A stretch of 64,000 nucleotides of DNA, from positions 142,910,001 to 142,974,000 of the forward strand of contig OZ038378.1 of the NCBI GenBank assembly GCA_964036045.1, read 5' to 3'. Made by a program: the position numbers and the translations under genes. The notes beneath the pieces are model-generated. The model saw nothing but the letters and a program-made list of their open reading frames with translations, searched no databases and had not been told where the DNA came from. The DNA is from Eutreptiella sp. 'Long Island Sound 2002' (Eukaryota > Protista > Euglenida). Positions 48,987 to 59,300 of this stretch are shown here, one piece after another. Position 1 is the stretch's first letter, and every line of letters starts with the position of its first letter.

Positions 48987-49131
48987 TTGACCCGCTAATA
49001 CTATGCTAATCAGAAATACATGGACAAATAACCATCAAAAAAAAAGTCTGAAGAGAGATGAGGAAAGAGGTGGCCGCCGGCCTCAGGGGGGGCGGACCCG
49101 CTCTCTGGGGACCTTGTTGAGTGGGGGGCTA

Positions 49132-49430
49132 ACCCACTCCCACATACCGAGGCGGGGCGTACCCGCACCCGTCGCACTGCGGCAGTGGCCACAGGGGGGA
49201 CGAACCCGCACCCTGGGGGCTGAGGTGTGTGGGGGGACAGACCCGCTCCCACATACCGAGGGGGGGCGCACCCGCACCCTCTGCATGCCGTTTGTGGCCA
49301 CACACGGGACGAGCCCGCACCCTGTGGCCATTGCTGTGGGGGGGGGACGGACCCGCTCCCACGTACTGAGGGGGGACGTACCCGCACCCTGCGCTTGATC
49401 CCCGTGGCCACAGGGCGGACAGCTGGCCGT
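49132..49430. repeat. ~110-bp tandem monomers (3 copies) at the LINE-B 5' end
   Basis: ACCC(A/G)CTCCCAC(A/G)TAC(C/T)GAGG at 49132, 49241 and 49351, each with internal ACCCGCACCC sub-repeats. Confidence 0.8.
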
Positions 49431-49994
49431 GCACGTGCAGGCACAGGGACGCCCTAGAGCGCCAGGCCAGCAACAGCAGATACTCGCCGTCCTCAGTGGT
49501 CTAGATCCTGCCGCACCGCTCAACATACCCAGCGGCAACGTTGGCCTGCTCCGCTGCGTTCGCGGCCATGTCCACCCCTGTACAGCCCCGCTGCACCCGC
49601 CTGGGCCGCATCCCGTGCAACGGCGCCCTCCATAGGCGCAGCCAGCGCCGCGGCACACGGGTGGGCCGCTACCAGCGTCTGGCATTCCGCCAATGTCTTG
49701 CCCTGCCCTCAGGGCCCGCGTCCTCAAAGGGCTGGTTCAGCCTGCGGCTCCTGCACAAGCTCCCGTTCCACGAGGAGCCGGCCGCAAATGCTGCGCCTGC
49801 CCTCAGGGCCCGCGTTCTCGATGGGCTGGTGGCAGTGTTGCAGCATCTCCATCCCCACCGCCATCCCCACATCCCCGTCGTCGCGATCGTCCCATGCGAC
49901 AGAGACAGAGGGGGCGGCAGAGGGGGGGCACATACACACTATACCCCCTACACAGGCAACGCAGTTGTTTGGGTAGCCAACTAAGACGAGGGAG

Positions 49995-50250
49995 GGGGCT
50001 GGGGGCGTGGGCTGGGGCTGGGCCTCGTGCCGGGGCTGGGGCTTGGGCTGGGGCCGGGTCTGGGGCTGGGGCCGGGGCTGGGGCTGGGGTAGGGGGTTGA
50101 GCTGGGGTAGGGGCTGGGGCTGGGGCTGGGGCAGGGGCTGGGGGCGCGGGCTGGGGCTGGGGCTGGGGCCGGGGCCAGGGCTGGGGCTGGGGCTAGGGGG
50201 CAGGGCTGGGGCTGGGGCTGGGGTAAGGGCTGGGGTAGGGGGTTGAGCTG
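49995..50250 (+). repeat. (GGGGCT/GGGGTA)n tract
   Basis: ~250 bp of hexamer variants. Confidence 0.9.
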
Positions 50251-50380
50251 GGGTCCGTGTTCGGCTTGTTGGTACTGGTAGGGTTACCGTTGAGGACCAT
50301 ACAGCGACAGGGACGGGGCTAAGTGCAGGTTCCACGACGAGTGCGGGTGCGGTTGCTCTGTCCTGTGCCCTTGCGCACAG

Positions 50381-53300
50381 ACACACGAGAAGCGGTTGCT
50401 GATGGTCACGGCGCTGCTGTGGCTGCACGCCAGTCAAGAGCACTTGTTCGTGCACTCGGACGCGATCCACGAGGCCTTCGAGCTGAACCCCAACAACACC
50501 CACACCCTCTTGGCCCTGGCACGCCTGCACGTGGAGCACAAGAGGTGCTCTGCCCCTCCCCCCATCCGTCCAGCCGGACAACGCGGGGGCCGGCCATGTG
50601 GCAGTGCGGGCAGAGGGGCAGAGGGGGGCCCACCGCCGGGGCCCAGGGCCCGAGCCTCAGGGACCGCGCCGCCAGGGCCACAGGCAAGACCGGGGCCAAG
50701 GCCAAGGCTGGGGCCCGGGCCAGGCCGCAGAATGGGGACCGGCGTGTCCCCGGCTTCTGGGGCCTGTTCATTGACCAAAGCCGAAGGCCTTGCACGGCCC
50801 TTGTGCAATCCTGGGGACTCATGCGGTGAGTGCGTGGGGGGCGGGGGATAGCAGTGGCTGAGGTATCATTTGTGGTGGGGGGGGGGGGGGGGGGGGGCTG
50901 CGAGGGGCCCGAGATGACGGAATGACCATCACCAAACTCCTCTGTCCCTCTGATGGTCAGGGGTGGAGTTTGGCGCCGAAGCCGCCGAATTTGTTTTCTG
51001 AGCGGCCAAAAGTGGTCCAACGCCTCGAAAAAAATTTCCTTTCAAAAACTGTCCTGAGGCCCATCAAGTTGATCAGCGGAAGTCGCTGAACGCGAATTTG
51101 TATGTGGGGGAGGGGGGCAACAGTCACGTTGTGTTTTACAGGTCCAAAGTGGTGAACGTTGGTCAATATTGTATCATCATCGCCATTTCGTCATCGCGGG
51201 GGGGCTATGGGGCGGGGACCACCCCCTCCACTACATCCCTCCCTCGGGGGGGGGGGGGGGGGAGGGGGGGCAAAGCCTAATGAAGGTGTGCTGAGCGAAG
51301 GTGTAAGTGGACTGGACGTGTTTCGGGTCCACGACCCGTGCAATGGGTGCCCCCCACCTCTTCGCACCGGCGACCCCCCCCACCCCCGCGGCGCACGGGG
51401 GCCACACAGCGGTGGCCCCAAGCCCCCGGGCCCAGGGACAGGGGCTGGGAGTGCCGCCCGGGCCGTGTCGGTGCAGGTACGGCGACGCCAGGCGGGCGCT
51501 TTCGAAGGGGCTGGAGGCGGAGAAGGCCCGGCGGGAGGCGGAGGCCCCGGCGGCGGCGGCGGCCGCCGACGCGCAGTGCGCGCTCGGGAACACCGAGGCC
51601 GAGCTGCTGCTGGCGCTCGGCAAAGTGCTGCTGAAGGAGGACCGCCGGAACGCGCGGCGGGCGCTGCACGTCTTTGAGCAGGCGCTGGTGTGCGTGGGAG
51701 GGGCAGGGCCGGAGAGGGTGTGGGGGGATGGGGAGAGATGCATTGGAAGGGGGAAGCCTCCAGGGCGCCCAGCCTACGCCCAGCCACTGTCCTCCTGACG
51801 CCAAGTGCCCAGCTCAACGGCATCCGTCACCGACAGTAACCGCCCCCAACCGCTTCGGCAACCTCCTCCAACCGCCTGTCTCACCGCCTCTGGGGCCATG
51901 AGGCCCTGGGGGGGGGGGGGGGGGAGGGACTGGAGTAGGATGACGAGGGCTGACGTGCAGTGTGGGACGTGTGGGGGGCGGAGGTCCGGAGCTGTTGTCA
52001 GACGAAACCATGGCAGGAAGTGGACGGACGTGCACAGAGAGCGAGGGTGGGGGATCAGGGCACAGGCGCCGTGGACTCCTCCCCCTGTGCTACCCCCATC
52101 GATGTGGGCGGGTTGCTGCGAGGGTTTGGAGGGTGAGGCAAGGCTGTCCTTTAGAAGCCTCATTTTTTTTTTCGTTGAGGGCAGCTCGCAAGGACAGCCC
52201 CCGGAGACCACCAACTGCCAACCGCCACCCGCTGCCAACCACCACCAACCGCCAACTGCCGACCACCATCCGCCACCAACCACCAATCGCCAACCACCAA
52301 CCACCACCAACCGCCAGCCCCCAACCGCCAACTGCCGCCAACCACAGAGGGCCAATCTTTGAAGCAGAGAAGGCCCCATGACCGCGAAGCCGACGGCGTC
52401 CCCGTGATTGTTCGTTCATGCCGGCGTTACAAATGCCTTTTTTTTTCCCTCGTAAGGACAGCCCTGGGGTGAAGGCAGGAGTGGCAGCAAAATCGGTTGG
52501 TGCCAAGCGATGGGGCCTCCATGATGCGACGGGGCCCGGGCCGAACACCGTGAGGTCTAGTCATTGCGAACCTGACAACGCTGTGGCGCCGTGTAGTGCG
52601 GAGGGTGGGGGCTGTCACGAGGGGTGGGGGAGAGAGGATTGCCGGGTGCCCCCCCCCCCCCCCCCGCAGACCAACCCGCCGACTCGTTCAAGCTTAATGG
52701 CACCCCCCAACCTTCCTCACTGGGCGTCGACTTTGCCTTCGCTTGGTCTTGATGCCGCCCCCTCCTCCTTCGCCCCCCCCCCCCCCCCTCCACTCGGGGT
52801 CAGCAGCTCTGCCCTCCCACCGCAATGCCACCCCAACCCCTACACCCGCCTCTCGTCCGCACCGATGCATCCAGCTGCCCCTTGCGTTGGCACCGGCCCA
52901 ACGGGCGGGCAACACCCACTCCCCCCCTCCCCTAGGCCCCACCGCAGGGCCCCGGTAGGGGCAACCCCCACTACACCGCACAGCCTCGCTCCCCCCCGCG
53001 GGGCCTAGGTGGACCGCTCTCCCATGTTCTTTGTAGGGGGGCGCCTTAAGCGCAGTGCGCGCGCGGTGCAACTATTTGGGCGTCTGGCCGTAGTAGAAAC
53101 CTATAATTTGTGGTACTTTGGGCATCATTGTTGTTTGGTAGTAGGTTTTCATGCATTGGGGATTTGGCATTTTTGAATGTTCACCCTGTTTCACCCATTT
53201 CTACTTTTTTGCACACATTTTTTCCCCATTTCCACCACATCTACTCTTTTTCTCGGTTGATTGATATGGTGATACACTTTGAGGGTGCCTGCTACGGGAC

Positions 53301-56300
53301 ATCATATTTCCCTCCTCATGTCTCAAGCCCACTTTCTCCATGGATCTCAGTATTGGGGATAGGGTGTTTTACACCCCCTCCAATGGCCTGCGACCTCCTG
53401 CCACGGTGGTTGGGATGGCTCAAGACGGACTCCTCCACTTGGAATACTACCAAGATTGGTTGAGAGTGGTGATGCAAGATGGAGTCCATCTCCTTTGCCA
53501 TCCCAAGTTCAGACTCGCCACCTGATTGCCCTCCATCTCCGCTGCCCAACACACAGTCAAGTCCCCCCCCAAAGGCCCCTGGTCCTTCACCACTGCCACA
53601 AGAACCGGGAAGGTCCCCCTCAAGGCCCCCTCCAGTCCAGTTTGGGTCGCCTAATTCCAAGGGTGTTTCCAAGGGGCGTGCCTAGGGGCTCTTCCGGGGG
53701 AACATAGTCTAAAAGTAGCGTGCGGTGCGCGCACATTGTGCGCACAGTGCGCGTGCAGTGCAAGGATTCCCCCAAGGTCCCAGTCAACCAGTCGCTTGTC
53801 ACTGCAGCGCCGAGAGGCGCCTACGGCACCACTGATGAGGCTTTTGTTGTGCTGACGTGTGCGTGTTCTCTGTGACCAGCACACCACACGTCTCCGTATG
53901 GGTCTCGGGGTGTCCCACAAAGGGGCCGCGTATTCAAATTTGATTTTCCTGCAGCCAAATTTTGGTTTTTTTTTGTGGGTGGGTGGGTCTCAGAGCCAAA
54001 AGACGCCCCCCCCCCTCTTATAAACAAAGTCTGGGTGGGACTCTGAGGTCCTGCAGGCAGGCCTTCGGCCCCACTTAGTTTGGACCAAAAACTTTTTTCG
54101 GCGCCTTGGGTGCCTCTAAAAGCTCAGCACCGCCGGGGGAAGGGCGGGGGGGGGGGGGGGGCTGGACCCCTCCCCTCCTCCCCCCCTCCCCCCTTACAAC
54201 GAGCCCTGCCTCCAAGTCCCGCTGAGCGGCCCTGCCCCTTGACCACAATGCCATACCAACCCCGGCCCACGTCTCCCCATCCACCCACACCAACCCAATG
54301 GGCGGTAAGCCCCACCCCCCCTGCCCCGGGCCCCGCCGCACGGCCTTGGGAGGACGGCCGCCCACTGCAGCGCGCTGCCTAGGCCCCGCCGCAGGGCCTT
54401 GGTGGCTTTGGCAGCACACCGCCCGGGCGGTGACCCCCCCCCAACCACCGGTAAAACACCCGCGCATGCGGCGCACCACCGACGGGTACTGCCCGGTGAT
54501 CCGGAACCTCCGGGGCCCTGTGGTACACTTCCCGCGTCGGCGGCGGTGGGGGGGAGCACCCCCCGAACTCCGCGGTCTTGGGACGGATGATGTCTGGGGC
54601 ATGCCGCCGCGTGGGAGGGACGCCAAGGGGCAGCAGCAGCACTCGTGGGCGGCGGAACGACTGTCCCACTCCCGCGCAGCGAAAACAACTTCCCCCCGGC
54701 GGTTGGGGGTGGCTGAGCGGGCTCCCCATCCTCTCACCCGCTGCCTTCACCCTTTCTGAACTCGCCGCCTTCACTCCCCACCCCCCACTGGTGGACAACC
54801 CCCCCGCCTCCCCACCCCCCCCCCCCCACACACATTTCGGGGCTCTGTCGTAAAGTTGCATTTTCTTTCCTCCAGAAACATTTCCTGTAGTGGGTGGGGG
54901 GTGGGCTGCGGCCTGGCATGGCCCCCAACAATCCTCCCCCTCCCGCCCCAGGAGTGGCAACATCGTCGCAGCAGCATGATGAGCAGGGCCCCCATCCTCT
55001 CACCCTTTTTGATCCTGCCCCCCTCACCCCCACCCCCAACGCGCGGACCACACCCCCAACCCCTCACCCCCCCGCATTTCCAACCGCCAGTAACCGCCCA
55101 ACCCCCAACCGCTTTCACACCCCCTGTGACCGCTCTACAACCGCTCTGGACCACCCCCCCAACCCCTCACCCCCCACCCCAGCACACACGCCCACACGCA
55201 GGACGACGGTGTCTTCCGCTCATCAGTGCTCCGCTGAGGCCCGGCGGCCGTCGGTACTCCCCTCGGCCCTGGAACCGGACAGTCAAGGCTCGGGGCCGGG
55301 CAGGGAACGGCGCCCGGGTCTGAGCCCCTGCTTCTGCATGAGGCCCTTTCCCAGCCCTACCCCCCCCCCCACCCCCCACGCCCCTCCTCAAAGGGCGCAC
55401 ACCAGGGCCTTTTTGTAGAACAATTAACCGCCAAAGGGGAGGGGTGACCCCCCCCCCCAGCCAGACCAAAGGGACCACCGTGAGAAAACACAACATTTAC
55501 CATCGGGAAATCCGATGGGGCCATTCTTGGTACACACATTTGTGGGTCCCAGACCCCCCCCCCCCACCCCCTCCCCTTCTACTGCCGCCCTGGCGCACAC
55601 GCCCAGACCCCCCGGAAGTACTCACTCCTTCGGTTTTGATGGCACCCCCCTCCCCTTCCCTCACATTTTGGGGCTGCCTGCGCCCGGGCGTCGAGGGTGA
55701 GCCCTGCCTCCGCCGGCGCCGCGTGCCCAGGCCTCACTGAAGACGGTCGAGGAGGTCCTGAGCATCGCGGACCAGGTCCCGCAGGTCCGTGAGGACATCA
55801 AACAGAGGTCCTGTGCCTGAATCTGCAGCGCCGTGGGGGCAATAGCCCAGAGTTCCTTTTGGGGGGGGGGGGGGGGCATCGCTTGAAAGGGGGGGTGGCA
55901 CCCCCTCCCCTCCCCCAACACTCCGGCCCTGATTCTACCCCAAAGGCATTCCCACACCCCAACACCAGCCCCAACCGCATTTCCAACCGCCAGTAACCGC
56001 CCAACCCCCAACCGCTTTCACATCCCCTGTGACCGCTCTACAACCGCTCTGGAATTGCCCCGATTGCTCCCCCCCCCCTTCAAGCGAAGCCCTTGGGGGG
56101 AGGGGGCCACTATATCCACCCCCTGGGACGCCCACACTGTGACCATTTTTGGCTCAGACGCCAAAATGTGGCATTGCATGAGGGTCGCACAACTCTGGCA
56201 TCGCAGGGGGTGTGGTTGGCCTCGCCCTTCAATCGGAGGCATCCATTTGCAATGCAATCGGTGCGTCGATGCCCATTTCCCAGCCATTCCGCTGTGACCG

Positions 56301-59300
56301 TCGGCCCGCCCACCGCTCGGTATACGGCGGTGGGGACTCGCGCTGGCGGACCGGCCTCTCTCGCGACACCGGGGCATACCCAGCGGCGTGTTTCTGGGCA
56401 ACAAGCCCCTGCCGGGCCTCGAGCCTGTGCCCACTGTCACATGCTTGCGCAAGGGCGGGGGAGGGGTCTCTTGTTTGACCTGGCTTCTGAGCTCTAAATC
56501 CTGCATGCTTACATGTTTTGCTGCATGTATCATACTTGTATGCTCTTTGTCTGTCCAATCTGTATATGCCAGAATATAAGTTGATGATGTTGCCCTCTCT
56601 CCCACGCAAAAAGTCATGCTCACACTCTTCATCCAGACTTTTTGCGAGAGGCGCCTAGGGCCGTTTTTCGGCCCTTGACAAGCTTTTCTCTCTTTCTTGT
56701 GAACTGCATGTTCTGCGGGTTGTGCTGACGTTGACTCAAACAACACACCACATGTGACAGCTCACACGTCACCATTCGGGGGTGTGTGCTTTTTGTATGA
56801 AGTCGGGACCGAAGGCCCACCGGGTGTCCATCGAGAGTACACAAAGCAGGTCGAGGGTCCGTGACAGGGCCGGTTTCGGGTGGGGGTCCGGTGTGGCCCA
56901 GCCCCACCCATACCAGCCACGGCCGGGGGGCGGGAGGAGCGAGCCCTGCGTCTTGCCCCACCCCCGTCGCCCTGTTTGCGCGGGCGTGTGCGTCCGCCTG
57001 GACCTCTGGCGGAAGTAACAATCCAGTCAAAGCAATGACATCGGGGGGAGGGGGTTACTTGCATCACCTCTGCTGCCCCCCCACAAGAGCGTGGGGCATG
57101 CCTGCAGACCCCCTGCTGTCTCAGGGTGCACTCATCTCTTTCGGGCCACCGACCGTGGGCCATGCAAGCGTCTCTGCCCGCCCTTTGTCGCCTGTGGGCC
57201 TTCTCCCCCCCCCCCCCCGCCGGGTGGCCAGCCCTACGATGAGGCTGCTCTGGGCGCGGGTGGGGTCGGTGTGAGTGGTGGTGCGGATGTGGAAGGGTGT
57301 GAGATGGATGATGGGGGGGGGGGCGTATAGAGAGAGGGGGGGGGGGGGCAAGCAGGAGGAAAGAGGGTCAGGGGTGCAAGTGGCTGTAGTTTTTGTCGTG
57401 CAGACCCGGCGATGGTCTGGTGGTCGACCTCCAGGCTCCCGACCGAGAGCTTCAGCTCCGAGTCCCGGAAAGGCACGATGCTCGGGGGCTTGTGGGGCAA
57501 TCCAGTGTGGGGGGCTGGCCGCAGCCACACCGCAAGGCACGCCTGCCTGCCCCCCTGCACACCCCCACCCGCAGGGGCCGGGGGTCCAGGCCCACCCACA
57601 GGGCCTACAATTCCCCCCCACACCCCGGCGGGCCACATGATCCACACATTCCCACGCTTTCGAACTGCCGTCCTTGAAAATACACAATGTGTGTGCCTGT
57701 TTCTCACATATCGCTGACTGACATGACATGGCATGCCATGCCATGACAGGACAGGGTATGACATGGCATGACATGGCATGGCAGGACATGGACGGAACAT
57801 GACATGACATGATGATATGAGGAAACATGACATGGCATCGCGTGACATCACATCGCATCGCATCGGATCGCATCACATCACATCACAGCACAGCACATCG
57901 CATCACAGCACATGGCATCGCAGGCGATGGAACTGGAAATGGGAAGGGAAATGGAACCGGGAAGGCCATGCCCCGGTCTGGCCTCGCAGGTGCGGAATTC
58001 AGATCGATCTGTTCCAGGAGCTCCTCAAGCGGCCCTCCATCTTCGCCCGGTGCCACTACCACATCGGGAAGGCGCACTACGCCGGGGGCGCGGTCGCCAA
58101 CGCCTACAGGTCCTTCACGGACGCCCTCGCGTTCGACTCCACCAAAGCCGAGTACTCCGAGTGGGCCTCCTACACGCACCCCGCCTGGCGCTACATGGGG
58201 CTCCTGATGGGCCTCCTGGTGCTCGTGGACGTCGTGTACATCGCCCTGTATGCCTGGCACTGGACCCCCATGTGGACCTGGTGGCTCCCGGCGAACCTGC
58301 AGGTCCCCCGTCCCCCCCCTCTTCTGGTGCCCTCGGGCCGGGGCCCAGCGCTGGGCCTGTGTGCATCGCGCATGGAGGGCAAACGATGGAGGGGCCCGCG
58401 CCGGCAGTCGCGAGGGCATCCCACACCCACCCACAGCACTGCCTACATAACCCTTCCCCCCAAAGGGAAGGAGTAGAATGGCCGTGCACCGCAGGAGCAG
58501 AGGGTAGCCCCCCTTGGGACCCCCGCCCCAGACCAAAGGCCGCCGGGCATCTTTTTGGAGCCGTGCCCCACCAGTGGCCTTTTAGGGGGTGCACTAAGGG
58601 GGCGCACTTAGCGCAGTGCAGCTATTTGGGGGTCTGGCTGTACTAGAGACCCATACTTTGAGATACTAGGGGCATCATGGTGACCCCTAGCGTAGCTTTT
58701 GACTTCTGATTTTGTCCCCTTTGTTGGGGACCACCGAGAATGGCCCAACCCCAAAGGCGCTCCACCGTCGCCGTTTGTGATGAGTGTAAGGAGCACTATT
58801 GTACTGAATATATTGACACCCACAGCAATCGACCACACGGCGCTTGAGTGAGTCCATGGCCCTCCACAGCGCCTCACAACACAGTGCCAAGTCCATTCCG
58901 CCGGAAGTATCTGCAGCCCCAGTGTGCCCCCGACGCCCTCTGCTCCAGGTGCCGATTCAGTGTCTGGGCGCCCCCCGACCACATGCTCTGTTGCATCACT
59001 ATGCCCGCGACACCCAGAGCTTTGGCAGCCACCGCCACACGGAACCTTTTAAGTGTCTTGTTGAGTCCCTTGAACCGGGCCCTCATTTGGCAAGTTTCAC
59101 AGCGCCCTCCCGTGATAACCTGAGCAGGGCTCTCAAATAGCCAGTGGACAACATACGCCTGGCATTGTCAAGTAAACGCTCAACAGATCGGGATCTGCCC
59201 TCACGTTTTGCAAACCTACAGGCCAACGGAATAAACCCAAACACACCAACCCACAGACGCCGAAACGGCCAGGCAAAGGGGCAACGCTCGTCCACGAGCC

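Larger units (their letters stand above)
41600..49430 (-). mobile_element. Non-LTR retrotransposon LINE-B (ORF1 plus divergent APE-RT-RNaseH), GC-rich and decayed
   Basis: Colinear ORF1, APE, RT and RNase H motifs, with tandem monomers at the 5' end. Boundaries approximate. Confidence 0.8.

Noticed and set aside
55201-55290. Possible extra exon after CACGCAG
   Set aside because: The phase-0 reading hits TGA, the open frame is phase-incompatible with its neighbours, and no clear GT donor follows.
50900-57700. Numerous Pro/Gly/Arg-rich ORFs
   Set aside because: They arise from poly-G/C tracts and intronic repeats and show no domain signal.
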